A stretch of 64,000 nucleotides of DNA from Escherichia phage PSD2001. Position 1 is the stretch's first letter. Every line of letters starts with the position of its first letter. The notes under the pieces were generated by a model. That model did not search any database, was not told the DNA's origin, and saw only the letters and a program-made list of their open reading frames with translations. The stretch is taken from sequence record OK254198.1. The stretch is one strand, 5' to 3'. Below, one piece after another: positions 31,660-41,880 of this stretch. A program made the position numbers and the translations under genes.

Positions 31660-33159
31660 ATGGATATTAAAATCAACTTTCTAAATTTTAGTCACGTGCA
31701 TGTTGAATGTGAAGATGGAATCTTCTACGAACTCCGTGATTACTTCAGCTTCGAAGCTGAAAACTATCGCTTCAATCCAAAGTTCAAGCAGGGAGTTTGG
31801 GACGGACGAATCCGCCTCCTGGATTACAATCGTAAATTACCATACGGTTTGGTTAATCAAATTAAAAAGTTCGCTGACCAGTTTGGTTATTCATTCTGGA
31901 TTGACCCGCAAATCACCGAGAAAGAAGAAATCTCTCGCGAAGAATTCGACAAATGGGTCGAGTCAAAAGAAATCTATTCAGGCAATACCAAGATAACGCC
32001 CCATTGGTATCAATCTGACGCCGTATATGATGGTCTGGTCAACAGAAGAAAGATTCTGAACTTACCTACGTCTGCAGGTAAAAGCCTCATCCAGGCGCTT
32101 CTGGCGCGATATTATCTCGAGAACTATGAAGGCAAGGTGCTTATCCTTGTTCCCACAACTGCCCTTGTTGACCAGATGATTAATGACTTTGTTGATTATC
32201 GACTTTTCCCTCGTGCAGCTTGTCTGGGTATTCGTTCCGGGACTAAACGCGATTCGGATGCGATGATTTATGTATCGACTTATCAGACGGCTGTAAAACA
32301 ACCTAAAGAATGGTTTGGCCAGTTTGGCCAGTTTATGAATGACGAATGCCACATGGCTACAGGTAAATCGATTTCGACGGTTATCGAAGGCCTTACGAAT
32401 TGCATGTTTAAATTTGGTCTGTCAGGTTCACTCCGTGATGGCAAAGCCAATCTTATGCAATATATGGGTCTGTTTGGTGATATCTTTAAACCAGTATCAA
32501 CATCTAAATTAATGGAAGATGGCCAGGTTACTGACCTTAAAATAAATAGTATTTTCCTTCGTTACCCTGATGAATTCACCGTTAAAATGAAAGGTAAAAC
32601 TTATCAGGATGAAATCAAGGTAATTACAAAAGCTACACGCAGAAATAAATGGGTAACAAACCTTGCTATCAAACTTGCCAAAAAAGAAGAAAACGTATTC
32701 TTGATGTTTAAGAATATCGAACATGGTAAATCAATGTTTGAAATGATTAAGGAAGCCGGCCATGAGAAAGTGTATTATGTTTCTGGAGAAGTTAATACAG
32801 AAACCCGTAATGCATTAAAGGTTATGGCCGAACAAGGGAAGGGAATTATTGTTGTAGCATCATATGGTGTATTCTCAACGGGGATTTCCGTTAAAAATCT
32901 TCATCATGTTATTTTTGCACATCCCGTAAAATCAAAAACTATAATCCTTCAAACAATTGGGCGTGTGCTTCGAAAACATGATTCAAAAGCACAAGCTAAC
33001 GTTTTTGACATTGTGGATGATATGGGGGTCAAACCCAAATCAGCAAACGCTAAAAAGAAATATGTTCACCTCAATTATGCGCTTAAACATGCACTAGAAC
33101 GTATTCAGCGGTATGCAGACGAAAAATTCAATTATGTAATTAAACAGGTGGAAATATAA
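31660..33159 (+). CDS. uvsW: UvsW RNA-DNA and DNA-DNA helicase
   Basis: 499 aa from ATG at 31660; helicase motifs (NLPTSAGKS, MNDECH) and strong similarity to T4 UvsW; the track's upstream start at 31621 is GTG inside the promoter. Confidence 0.92.
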   Translation: MDIKINFLNFSHVHVECEDGIFYELRDYFSFEAENYRFNPKFKQGVWDGRIRLLDYNRKLPYGLVNQIKKFADQFGYSFWIDPQITEKEEISREEFDKWVESKEIYSGNTKITPHWYQSDAVYDGLVNRRKILNLPTSAGKSLIQALLARYYLENYEGKVLILVPTTALVDQMINDFVDYRLFPRAACLGIRSGTKRDSDAMIYVSTYQTAVKQPKEWFGQFGQFMNDECHMATGKSISTVIEGLTNCMFKFGLSGSLRDGKANLMQYMGLFGDIFKPVSTSKLMEDGQVTDLKINSIFLRYPDEFTVKMKGKTYQDEIKVITKATRRNKWVTNLAIKLAKKEENVFLMFKNIEHGKSMFEMIKEAGHEKVYYVSGEVNTETRNALKVMAEQGKGIIVVASYGVFSTGISVKNLHHVIFAHPVKSKTIILQTIGRVLRKHDSKAQANVFDIVDDMGVKPKSANAKKKYVHLNYALKHALERIQRYADEKFNYVIKQVEI

Positions 33160-33386
33160 TGAAATCCTTCGAAGAAATTATGTACGAAGCATCAATTGAA
33201 GGCTTTATGGCTAAGATTGGTTCCTGTCAGACCATGGACGGTCTGAAGGAGTTGGAAGGCTATTATAAGAAACGCAGCAAAGAAGCTGAACTGAAAGATT
33301 CCGATGATATCAGTGTTCGCGATGCTCTTGCCGGTAAACGCGCCGAGCTTGAGGATATGGACGACGAAGAAGACGAAGATTTCTAA
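33159..33386 (+). CDS. uvsW.1: UvsW.1 small acidic protein
   Basis: 75 aa with acidic tail, immediately after uvsW as in T4. Confidence 0.75.
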   Translation: MKSFEEIMYEASIEGFMAKIGSCQTMDGLKELEGYYKKRSKEAELKDSDDISVRDALAGKRAELEDMDDEEDEDF

Positions 33387-33444
33387 ATAAAAAGGCCCCA
33401 ACCAAAAGGAAGGGGCAAAACCAAAAAATGGTTAACAACACTAG

Positions 33445-33612
33445 CTAAATTAAAAGTTGGGTCTCGTTCAGTTGCTCTTCTGTATTTTCCGTAACTGGCA
33501 AACTCTGAACATAATTATAACAGGCGCCCGGATGCACCGGACCTTGGTCTGTATCCACAACCAATGCAGAATCGATTGGAGTTTTACAGACAACACAAAT
33601 CTTATCTGACAT
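33445..33612 (-). CDS. Small Cys-rich protein (uvsY.-2 position)
   Basis: 55-aa ORF found by manual translation; strong GAGGAG RBS; CVVC...HPGAC zinc-ribbon-like spacing. Confidence 0.5.
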   Translation of the reverse strand: MSDKICVVCKTPIDSALVVDTDQGPVHPGACYNYVQSLPVTENTEEQLNETQLLI

Positions 33613-33640
33613 GATTGTCTCCTCAGTTAAACTTACATAT

Positions 33641-33757
33641 CTATTTAGTGCTCTTCATAATAGCAGCGCGAGCTTTCATCTCATTAACAATTTCGGTTAT
33701 TCGGTTTGCAGAGATAACCATCTCGTCGAGAATCTTACTGATATTCTGTTTCATCAT
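33641..33757 (-). CDS. Small ORF (uvsY.-1 position)
   Basis: 38-aa ORF whose ATG overlaps the uvsY stop (ATGA). Confidence 0.35.
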   Translation of the reverse strand: MMKQNISKILDEMVISANRITEIVNEMKARAAIMKSTK

Positions 33758-34188
33758 TTACCTGCCTCGAATTGTCTTATTTCTAACATATGTTTAAGTG
33801 CAAAACTTCGTGACTTAACACCATCTAATGCAGCGCTACAGAAGTCCTGGAGCAGTGCCCAATACTGAATTGAAGTATCAATCTTCAACACGCTTGAATC
33901 TGCGGCCATGACTGTTTTCAATTCTGACTTCTCGTATACATCCATGCATACTTCTTCCCCTGGGTCACCCCTTCCCGTATAATGGTCTAGTCGTTTTTTC
34001 AGTGCAGTTTTCTTCTGAATCTCAAGACGCATTATTTCTTTCTTGCAGTTGGTATACAATCTCAACCATTTGCTATGCAACAAAACGTTGTTTTGTGTTT
34101 CATATTGAAGTTGTGTACCATCAATTTTTAAATCTGCATCTAGCTCGTCCTGAAATACTTCCAACTTATATTCAATCTCTTTTTTCAT
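33754..34188 (-). CDS. uvsY: Recombination mediator protein UvsY
   Basis: 144 aa from the internal ATG at 34188; conserved blocks (TQLQYETQNNVLLHSKWL, YTGRGD, LKIDTSIQYWALLQDFCSAALD) match T4 UvsY. Confidence 0.9.
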   Translation of the reverse strand: MKKEIEYKLEVFQDELDADLKIDGTQLQYETQNNVLLHSKWLRLYTNCKKEIMRLEIQKKTALKKRLDHYTGRGDPGEEVCMDVYEKSELKTVMAADSSVLKIDTSIQYWALLQDFCSAALDGVKSRSFALKHMLEIRQFEAGK

Positions 34189-34216
34189 AATGTATCCAAT
34201 GTAAGGGTCTAGAACC

Positions 34217-34244
34217 ATTATACAGCCATAAAATTAAAGCATTA
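34217..34244 (-). promoter_or_regulatory. Middle promoter for uvsY (MotA box AATGCTTTA, 12 nt, TATAAT)
   Basis: Minus strand TTAATGCTTTAAttttatggctgTATAATGGTTCTAGACCC in the 25-uvsY junction. Confidence 0.6.
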
Positions 34245-34631
34245 ACCGTTTTGACTTAGCTGAATCCTGATTTGTTCGAGGGTATCAGGGTCATCAACAA
34301 TGCTGAACTGAACCGTTACGATAATGGAGTTATCATCATACATAGGGACAACTGCAACCTGTAGATTGCTTATCCTTGGTTCGAAGTTCCGCACCGCGGA
34401 GACGATGTTGCGTTTAATGGTATCTGTGATTAATGGAGTGATATTCTCAAAAAGCTGATTACTTATATCACATCCAAATTCAGGCATAAAAGGCCTTGAC
34501 CCTTTTCTTGTGGTGATTATTCCCAGAAGACTGTTCTTAACGGACCTTGCACCAGTTACTTTAGCAACGTCTTTATCCCAACTCATTGACAAGTCGGGAG
34601 ACACATCGCTATACATTTTGTTTATATTCAT
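34242..34631 (-). CDS. 25: Baseplate wedge protein gp25
   Basis: 129 aa vs 132 aa in T4; LLGIITTRKGSRPF.PEFGCD block conserved. Confidence 0.9.
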   Translation of the reverse strand: MNINKMYSDVSPDLSMSWDKDVAKVTGARSVKNSLLGIITTRKGSRPFMPEFGCDISNQLFENITPLITDTIKRNIVSAVRNFEPRISNLQVAVVPMYDDNSIIVTVQFSIVDDPDTLEQIRIQLSQNG

Positions 34632-35255
34632 TTACATAAACTTAAAGAATTCTTTAAGCCCCTTAATTACATGGACAGAATGCGCTCCACACTCGCAAGA
34701 GATAGGAATAGCCATTTGGACCTGTGGCTTGAGAAGTTCTTCCGTTAGTGCATTTATATCATCGAGGGTAATTGCATTGTACAGGTCTTCGATTTCGGCT
34801 TCATTTAAGTCATCAACAACGATGCGCTCACCGCCTTCCGTGATAATATATTCGATACAACAAGCAATCATTTTTCCTTTATCGCCATCTTCAAACAGAC
34901 CAGGATAACGGAATTTAATTTTAAACGCCCCGAAATCACGAATAACTTCAGACTCATCCACGATGCTTGCGCGACTTATAGTCACAGGAATATCTTGTTC
35001 CTTTCCGCACTCACATACCCATGTATGCTCGACGTTAACAGCTCCGAGACTATTTGCCCAGAGATTAATAAGAAGCAGCTCGGCTTCCTGTTTGTTTAAC
35101 CCTTTAGCATCAGTGCATTTATTAAGCAGTTCAATTATTGCAGGTTCCATACGCTTTTCTAATTTTGCCTGAAGCAAATCTTTGTATTCGCGCAATGTAA
35201 AAGCCCTACAATTTATAGTTTTATTTTTAATTTGGACAATAAATTCATAAGTCAT
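34632..35255 (-). CDS. 26: Baseplate hub protein gp26
   Basis: 207 aa from ATG at 35255 with AAGGAG RBS; position upstream of 25 on the minus strand as in T4. Confidence 0.8.
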   Translation of the reverse strand: MTYEFIVQIKNKTINCRAFTLREYKDLLQAKLEKRMEPAIIELLNKCTDAKGLNKQEAELLLINLWANSLGAVNVEHTWVCECGKEQDIPVTISRASIVDESEVIRDFGAFKIKFRYPGLFEDGDKGKMIACCIEYIITEGGERIVVDDLNEAEIEDLYNAITLDDINALTEELLKPQVQMAIPISCECGAHSVHVIKGLKEFFKFM

Positions 35256-35273
35256 AATTTGCTCCTTTACTGT

Positions 35274-35284
35274 ATTTATAAATA
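35274..35284. promoter_or_regulatory. Overlapping divergent late promoters (TATTTATAAATA) for gene 26 (minus) and gene 51 (plus)
   Basis: The 12-mer reads TATAAATA on both strands; ATG of 51 is 25 nt downstream and ATG of 26 is 19 nt downstream on the minus strand. Confidence 0.55.
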
Positions 35285-35308
35285 TCAATAAAGATAAAAG
35301 GGGATTCT

Positions 35309-36061
35309 ATGGCCAATATCGTAAGATGTGAAATGCCAGACGGAGTTCATCGTTTCAAACCGTTTACAGTCGCTGATTACCGTGATTTACTGCTTGTGCG
35401 AAACGACATGAACAACAAACCCGTCGAAGAACAAAAACAATTATTAGACGAACTGTTGGAAGATTATTTTGGAGAATATCCAAAAGCATGGAGGCCTTAC
35501 ATATTCCTGAAGGTATTCACTTCCTCTATCGGTAAGACAAAAGTCCCGGTAGCGTTTGAATGTCAAAAATGTAAAAAGACAAAGCAGACTTTGTTTAACA
35601 TGAATCAGGGTCCATTAGTAAATCCAACGATGGAAACCGCCGGGATAAAAATACAATTTAAGTTCCCTGAAGTGGAATATAAAGATAAGTCAGAGCTTGT
35701 CTTGAATACCATCCAGACTGTCGAAGACTCGGAACAAAAATACAATTGGGAAGACCTTCCTGAAGAAACAAAGATGCAGGTTATCGATGCAATTGATATA
35801 GAGAGCCTCGAAGCACTCCTTAAGAAAATGCATTCGGTTTATATTCCATTTACATATGGCTGTTGTGAAAAGCACAAAACCGAATACACTGACCTGCTTG
35901 ACGTCTTTAAGCTTATCCTTAACCCGGATGAAGTCTTTGTATTTTATCAAATTAACCACTTGCTGGTAAAGAATCAATATTCGCTGGATAGCATCATGCA
36001 TATGATTCCTATTGAACGAGGTATTGCTTTATCACTAGTTGAGAAGGACTTGAAAAAATGA
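35309..36061 (+). CDS. 51: Baseplate hub assembly protein gp51
   Basis: 250 aa vs 249 aa in T4; synteny. Confidence 0.85.
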   Translation: MANIVRCEMPDGVHRFKPFTVADYRDLLLVRNDMNNKPVEEQKQLLDELLEDYFGEYPKAWRPYIFLKVFTSSIGKTKVPVAFECQKCKKTKQTLFNMNQGPLVNPTMETAGIKIQFKFPEVEYKDKSELVLNTIQTVEDSEQKYNWEDLPEETKMQVIDAIDIESLEALLKKMHSVYIPFTYGCCEKHKTEYTDLLDVFKLILNPDEVFVFYQINHLLVKNQYSLDSIMHMIPIERGIALSLVEKDLKK

Positions 36062-37227
36062 CAGTTAAATCTATGCAGCGTGAAGGCTTTCCTAATATCA
36101 GCATCCGCCTTTACGAAGATTATGATGCATGGCTTGAACACCGTTTTGTGGAACTAGCTGCCACCTTTACAACGTTAACCATGCGCGATTCCCTTTATGG
36201 AAGAAACGAGGGACTCTTGCAATTCTATGATACGAAAAACCTGCATACAAAAATGAATGGTGAACAGGTTATTCAGATTTCCGTTAAGAATGCCAACTCT
36301 GACCGAACCCAATCCAGAATATATGGAAGTAAACACTTTGCCGTTTCCGTGGATTCAAAGGGTGATAACATAATTACAATTCAGCTGGCTCCTATTCACG
36401 AAATTGAAGACTTGAAATTTAGTCGTATGTTTTACCCGAGCGTACAGGAAACATTAGTCGAAATGACTGGGGTAATTTATCAAGATAGACCATTACTTTC
36501 CCCACCAATAAACGGCATAAACGTTTATGCTCCTAACGTTCCATGGTGTGATTCGATGAACCAATATATGGAATTCATAAGGGAAGTTGGCCTGTCGGTA
36601 GAAACTGATAAATTTGTTTTTGTATGGGAAGATATTGATGGGATAAGTATCCAGGATTATGAATGGTTAACATCACAAGAGCCAATTAATTTTGTGGTGG
36701 GTGAACCTCGATTGGTTGGTCAATTTGTACAAAACCTCGAGACCCCATTGGCCTTCGATTTCGAATGGTTAACAAAGGCAAACCAACACACAAGAAAACC
36801 ATACGAAAACGCAACTGTGTATGCGCATTCATTCCTTGATAAGAACGCAACCAGAATAACTTTTGGGGAAGGTCAAAACAGTATTCTGGTATCTCGTTCC
36901 GGGGGCTATGCAGATTACACATACCGAAATGGTTTCGAGGAAGCTCAGCGATTAATAACCATGTCACAATATGATGGTTACGCACATTGCAAAACATACG
37001 GGAACTTTGAATTAACTCCGGGCGATAAGATAAATTTCTATGACCCGAAGAACCAATTCAAATATGATTTTTACGTAGACGAAGTTATTCATGAAGTGAG
37101 TAACAATACATCAATTACAAACCTCTATATGTTTACCAATGGTAAGCCTATCGAAGTTGAAGAACCACCGAAGGTTAAAAATGAACTTAAAACTGATTCT
37201 GCCGACGAAGAAAATACAGCTGGGTGA
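36058..37227 (+). CDS. 27: Baseplate hub protein gp27
   Basis: 389 aa vs 391 aa in T4. Confidence 0.88.
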   Translation: MTVKSMQREGFPNISIRLYEDYDAWLEHRFVELAATFTTLTMRDSLYGRNEGLLQFYDTKNLHTKMNGEQVIQISVKNANSDRTQSRIYGSKHFAVSVDSKGDNIITIQLAPIHEIEDLKFSRMFYPSVQETLVEMTGVIYQDRPLLSPPINGINVYAPNVPWCDSMNQYMEFIREVGLSVETDKFVFVWEDIDGISIQDYEWLTSQEPINFVVGEPRLVGQFVQNLETPLAFDFEWLTKANQHTRKPYENATVYAHSFLDKNATRITFGEGQNSILVSRSGGYADYTYRNGFEEAQRLITMSQYDGYAHCKTYGNFELTPGDKINFYDPKNQFKYDFYVDEVIHEVSNNTSITNLYMFTNGKPIEVEEPPKVKNELKTDSADEENTAG

Positions 37228-37699
37228 TAAAGAGATTCACGTTCCCAAGCTTGGACTCAAGCATCACAATCTGATTAAAAACGAACCTAACCCATACGCT
37301 GCATTAAGAAAGATTATGCAATCGATATTCCCTAATCTTACAGCAGCCGAATCCGACTTTGTATCTTTACATCTTCTGGAATTTAATGGTAAGCTAAAAG
37401 ACAAACGCGAGATTAACGGATTTACATATAAGCTGGATGATGTTTATATCTGTCAGCGCCTTGAATTCTCTTATCAAGGAAAGACATTTAAATTCCGCTC
37501 GAATAAGCCGTATGAAGAATTCGGACCAGTTGACAATCTCCTGGAGACCCTTTATCTCGGTGAAGATGTTCCAGACTTTCTGGATATGCCTGCTTTTGTT
37601 GCTAAGTGGGCAGACGATATCACAAGCACATTAGCAATCCCGGGTCCGAATGGTCCTGTTAAGGGGTTACTGAAAATAATGGAACTCCTAAATGAATAA
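37181..37699 (+). CDS. 28: Baseplate hub distal subunit gp28 (start uncertain; 37139 also possible)
   Basis: ATG at 37181 has a GAAGG RBS; overlaps the 3' end of gene 27. Confidence 0.7.
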   Translation: MNLKLILPTKKIQLGDKEIHVPKLGLKHHNLIKNEPNPYAALRKIMQSIFPNLTAAESDFVSLHLLEFNGKLKDKREINGFTYKLDDVYICQRLEFSYQGKTFKFRSNKPYEEFGPVDNLLETLYLGEDVPDFLDMPAFVAKWADDITSTLAIPGPNGPVKGLLKIMELLNE

Positions 37700-39437
37700 G
37701 AACTCCGAACAAACGAGCTTCAGACGCGGTGGACCTAATAAAAAGCTTATCGAAGAATTAGCACCACAAAGGAGGGCGGAAGCCCTCTCTGCTGAACAGA
37801 ATGATGAATTATCGAATCTGAATACAACTCTTACAAATACTCAGGCTGCAACCGAACTTGTATCGGAAGCTATTGAGGATAAGGGTAATCAGATTATAGA
37901 GAATATCCAAACCAATAATGGAGTCCTCCAGGATATCAGTGCTGGGGTCGAACTGACGGCCGAAGCCACCGAGAAGACTCAACAAGGGATTAAAAACCTC
38001 ACGGATATTCTCTCGGATAAGCTCGACAAACTCAGCGCAATGATAAGTGGTAAACTAGGCGTCACGTCTCCTGTGGCTGGTTCTGAAAGCCTTAAACCTG
38101 TGGAGGATGCACTACCAGAGCCTGAAGAGAATAAGCCCACGGCGAGCGTTCCAACGCTCATACCGCCTGAAGAACAAAAGCCCGACGCTGACTTCATTCC
38201 GGAACCAGAACAGCCAAAAACCGATGCAGAAGGCAAAGAGACTAATACCTGGTCACTTGGTGATAAGCTTGATACCCTTTCGAAGATAACCGAAAAAGGA
38301 TTTAAGGCATCGATTTCTGTAGCCGACCGAATCTCCGGAATGTTGTTCAAATATACAATTACAGCTGCAGCCGAAGCAGCCAAGCTTATTGGTGGATTAT
38401 TGTTGTTGGTATTCGGTATCGATGCAATACGAGTTTACTTCCAATATTTCATGAAGCAATTCGAAAAAGGATGGGCCGAATTTAATGATAAGTTCAAAGA
38501 ATGGGGCCCACTGCTTGAAGGACTAATGACTTGGGCTAAGAACGCGCAAGCGATGTTTAGTGAAAAGAATTGGTTGGGATTAGCTGAAGCTATTATCCGT
38601 GGGATGGTCAACTTAACGAAGAACATGGCTCAACTTCTTATGCTTGGTATTTCGAAACTGATTTCAGCTATCTTAAGCAAAATCCCTGGGATGGGCGATT
38701 TAGCAGATAATGTGGAAGCCTCAGCTTTGATGTCTTATCAGCAAAATACAGGGGCAACTCTGGATGATGAAGACCAAACCAAGATAGCAAAATATCATGA
38801 CAAACGTTCGGCTGAAGCAATGGAAGCTGCAGAGAAGATGAATAAGAAGTATAAGGATAAACCTGAACTAATTAATCAAGCCGAAAAATATGGTAACCTT
38901 ACCAAGGAACAAGCTGACCAGCTTCGCGCGGGTGGGATTGACACAAGCTTCAGAGACCTTCCGGAAGAAGAACGTCTGGACTATTTCAAGAAGCGTGACA
39001 AAGCACAGGCTGATATTATTCGTTTGACCCAAACTGCTGACAACCTAATGAAGCCAGACGCAACCGATAAAAAGAATGCGATGGAAATGAGAGCTAACAT
39101 TGAAAAACAATTAGCTGACCCAGCTATGGCAAAAGGTGGAGCTCCGAAAGACCTGAATATGCGCGCCCTGTTGGAAAAACTTGATAAGTCTCTCGAGAAG
39201 TTCAAAGACGAACCGAAAGTTAAACCGCCGGATGTTAAGACTTCTCCGGATGCACAACAAGCTGCAAAGGTTGACGAAGGCATGAAGGCCAAAGAAAATA
39301 AATACAAGGATGCACCAGCTCAGGCACAAATTAACACGGTCAATAATATTCAGAAGACTTCCAGGACGCAATACAATATGCCTCCTCAAAGTTCAACCCC
39401 TGCCCCTGGCATGAGACAGGCCACGAGAATTAACTAA
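37692..39437 (+). CDS. 29: Tail tube length determinant (tape measure) gp29
   Basis: 581 aa vs 590 aa in T4; synteny. Confidence 0.88.
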   Translation: MNKNSEQTSFRRGGPNKKLIEELAPQRRAEALSAEQNDELSNLNTTLTNTQAATELVSEAIEDKGNQIIENIQTNNGVLQDISAGVELTAEATEKTQQGIKNLTDILSDKLDKLSAMISGKLGVTSPVAGSESLKPVEDALPEPEENKPTASVPTLIPPEEQKPDADFIPEPEQPKTDAEGKETNTWSLGDKLDTLSKITEKGFKASISVADRISGMLFKYTITAAAEAAKLIGGLLLLVFGIDAIRVYFQYFMKQFEKGWAEFNDKFKEWGPLLEGLMTWAKNAQAMFSEKNWLGLAEAIIRGMVNLTKNMAQLLMLGISKLISAILSKIPGMGDLADNVEASALMSYQQNTGATLDDEDQTKIAKYHDKRSAEAMEAAEKMNKKYKDKPELINQAEKYGNLTKEQADQLRAGGIDTSFRDLPEEERLDYFKKRDKAQADIIRLTQTADNLMKPDATDKKNAMEMRANIEKQLADPAMAKGGAPKDLNMRALLEKLDKSLEKFKDEPKVKPPDVKTSPDAQQAAKVDEGMKAKENKYKDAPAQAQINTVNNIQKTSRTQYNMPPQSSTPAPGMRQATRIN

Positions 39438-39445
39438 GGAATAAC

Positions 39446-40540
39446 ATGAAAGTAAAAGAACTCGATATTGATATTGCGGGTTTATTTAACGGAGGTTCTA
39501 AGACCTCCGCTGGGCAGTCAAAAGCTGCCCAGACTCAAGCTACTATTGTGGCGCAATATCCAGCAGAACGAGCTTCCGGTAATGATTCTTCAGATGATAT
39601 GCGAGTTAATGACCTTTATAAAAATGGTCTGTTATTCACGGCATACAATTTCAGTTCAAGAACATCTCCGGAATTACGCTCAGACAGGTCAAGCCAATTG
39701 ACTTCATTAAAGAAAGTTTCCAATGGTGCTTCATTTAACCCGGTTAAAAGTTTAACATCTTTTGCTAAATCGAAATTAACCGGCGCTGGCTCAACAGGTA
39801 AAAGTTTTGATTCAAACGCTGTTGCAAATATCCTGTTGCCTCGTTCGAAGTCTGATGTAGAATCCGTATCGCATCGATTCAACGATGTTGGTGAGTCTCT
39901 TATTACGAAAGGTGGTGGCTCAGCTACAGGTATTCTTAGTAACATCGCATCGACTGCAGTTTTCGGCGCACTCGAATCAGTTACAAACGGTGTAATGGCC
40001 GACCATGGCGAACAGATTTACACAACGGCAAGAAGCATGTATGCTGGTCCAGACAACAGGACAAAAGTTTACACATGGGAAATGACTCCACGTTCGGCCC
40101 AGGACTTAATCCAGATAGTGAAGATATATGAGATTTTTAACTATTATTCCTATGGGGAAACCGGTAAAAGTTCGTTTGCTTCCGAGCTGAAAGATAAAAT
40201 CGATACATGGTATAAATCCACCTTCAAAAAAGAAGCAATCGATAACTTTGACGGCAAGTTGCTCGGTGAAGAGATAACAAGCTTCCTAACGAACGTTCTG
40301 GTGGTCTCTAACCCTACTATCTGGTATATCCGCAACTTCGGCGATACAAGCTCGTACGATGGCCGTGGGGAGCTATTTGGGCCGTGTCAGATTCAGAGCA
40401 TAAGATTCGATAAATCTCCGGATGGTCATTTCGGTGGATTAGCTATTGCTCCTAACCTGCCATCGACTTTTGTACTTGAAATCACTTTCCGTGAAATCAT
40501 TACGCTTAACCGTGGCTCACTATATGCGGAAGGTTTCTAA
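39446..40540 (+). CDS. 48: Baseplate tail tube cap gp48
   Basis: 364 aa, same length as T4 gp48. Confidence 0.88.
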   Translation: MKVKELDIDIAGLFNGGSKTSAGQSKAAQTQATIVAQYPAERASGNDSSDDMRVNDLYKNGLLFTAYNFSSRTSPELRSDRSSQLTSLKKVSNGASFNPVKSLTSFAKSKLTGAGSTGKSFDSNAVANILLPRSKSDVESVSHRFNDVGESLITKGGGSATGILSNIASTAVFGALESVTNGVMADHGEQIYTTARSMYAGPDNRTKVYTWEMTPRSAQDLIQIVKIYEIFNYYSYGETGKSSFASELKDKIDTWYKSTFKKEAIDNFDGKLLGEEITSFLTNVLVVSNPTIWYIRNFGDTSSYDGRGELFGPCQIQSIRFDKSPDGHFGGLAIAPNLPSTFVLEITFREIITLNRGSLYAEGF

Positions 40541-41499
40541 TGTTTACTTTACAAGAATTTCAAACACAAGCGATTAATATCGACTTACAAAGGAATAACC
40601 TTTTTAGTGTGGTCTTCGCGACCGCACCTTCCTCTAAATCTCAGAATCTTCTGGACCAGTTTGGTGGCGCATTATTCAGCAACCTTCCTGTTAACTCAGA
40701 TTGGTTCGGATTAACACAAGGTGACTTAACTCAAGGGATAACAACTCTTGTTACTGCCGGAACACAAAAGCTTATTCGTAAATCAGGGATAAGCAAATAT
40801 CTTATCGGGGCAATGAGTAACCGTGTTGTGCAATCATTATTAGGTGAATTTGAGGTTGGTACTTACCTGCTAGATTTCTTTAATATGGCTTATCCAACGG
40901 CTGGTCTATTAGTTCACTCTGTTAAGCTTCCGGATAACACATTGAACTACGAAATGGACCTTAACCATAATGCACCAAATATCAAGATAACAGGGAGAGA
41001 ATATTCTCCGTTGGTATTGAGCTTTAGAATGGATTCAGAGGCAGGGAACTTCAGAGCATTTAACGATTGGGTTAACTCTGTACAGGACCCAGTTACCCAG
41101 CTAAGGGCTTTGCCTGAAGACGTTGAAGCTGATATTCAGGTTAACCTGCACTCACGTAACGGATTACCGCATACGGTTGTTATGTTAACTGGTTGTGTTC
41201 CTGTAAGTGTATCAGCGCCTGAATTGAGTTATGAAGGGGATAATCAGATAGCTACATTTGATGTAACTTTTGCTTATCGCGTTATGTCAACGGGAGCAGT
41301 GGGAAGAGCTGCTGCACTGGAATGGTTGGAAGATAAGGTTATTAAGGGTGTATCTGGTATTAGTTCAGATAACAACTTGAACGCAGAAGTTGCCAAATTG
41401 AGCCGCTTGTCTGGTGCTCAATCTGGATTAACAAGTCTGTACAATACGTTCACTGGTTCTGGGAGAACAGTCTCTGGTGGAAGTCAACGTATATTATAA
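40540..41499 (+). CDS. 54: Baseplate tail tube initiator gp54
   Basis: 319 aa vs 320 aa in T4. Confidence 0.88.
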   Translation: MFTLQEFQTQAINIDLQRNNLFSVVFATAPSSKSQNLLDQFGGALFSNLPVNSDWFGLTQGDLTQGITTLVTAGTQKLIRKSGISKYLIGAMSNRVVQSLLGEFEVGTYLLDFFNMAYPTAGLLVHSVKLPDNTLNYEMDLNHNAPNIKITGREYSPLVLSFRMDSEAGNFRAFNDWVNSVQDPVTQLRALPEDVEADIQVNLHSRNGLPHTVVMLTGCVPVSVSAPELSYEGDNQIATFDVTFAYRVMSTGAVGRAAALEWLEDKVIKGVSGISSDNNLNAEVAKLSRLSGAQSGLTSLYNTFTGSGRTVSGGSQRIL

Positions 41500-41506
41500 A
41501 AAGAAA

Positions 41507-41528
41507 GGGACCCGAAGGTCCCTTTTTT
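41507..41528. terminator. Terminator after gene 54
   Basis: GGGACCCGAAGGTCCC hairpin followed by TTTTTT; A-run upstream. Confidence 0.7.
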
Positions 41529-41817
41529 ATTTGCGGAATGAAATGAAACCTGCTGCAGTCATTACAACTTCTTTTTTAGCAAAGACTGTAATTGCAATTG
41601 GTGCTTCAGATTCAAGTTGCCCAGTTACTACACCATTAAAAATATTTTCTGTTTGTTCAGAATTTACAAAGTTTTCAACAGGGCGAAGGTCAAACTTCTT
41701 ATCTTCGCCAAACACGCGCCGTAGTTCATTACCCACCGCGCTGTCAAACTCTTCTGAAGCCGGGATAACATTCTCAACTACCAGTTCCTGACCATTAAAG
41801 CGAAAAGATGATTTCAT
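41527..41817 (-). CDS. Hypothetical protein (alt.-x position)
   Basis: 96 aa from the ATG at 41817 with a GAGGA RBS; the upstream ATG at 41850 lies within the promoter -10. Confidence 0.5.
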   Translation of the reverse strand: MKSSFRFNGQELVVENVIPASEEFDSAVGNELRRVFGEDKKFDLRPVENFVNSEQTENIFNGVVTGQLESEAPIAITVFAKKEVVMTAAGFISFRK

Positions 41818-41848
41818 TTTATTTTCCTCATGTGCAATTGATATGAAC

Positions 41849-41878
41849 ATTATATCGCACTTCCTTGTGCTTGTAAAC
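41849..41878 (-). promoter_or_regulatory. Early-type promoter (GTTTAC, 18 nt, TATAAT)
   Basis: Minus strand GGGTTTACaagcacaaggaagtgcgaTATAATGTTC just downstream of the alt copy 1 stop. Confidence 0.5.
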
Positions 41879-41880
41879 CC

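Noticed and set aside
33390-33420. Possible terminator after uvsW.1 (GCCCC ... GGGGC)
   Set aside because: Weak 5-bp stem with a 12-nt loop and no U-tract.
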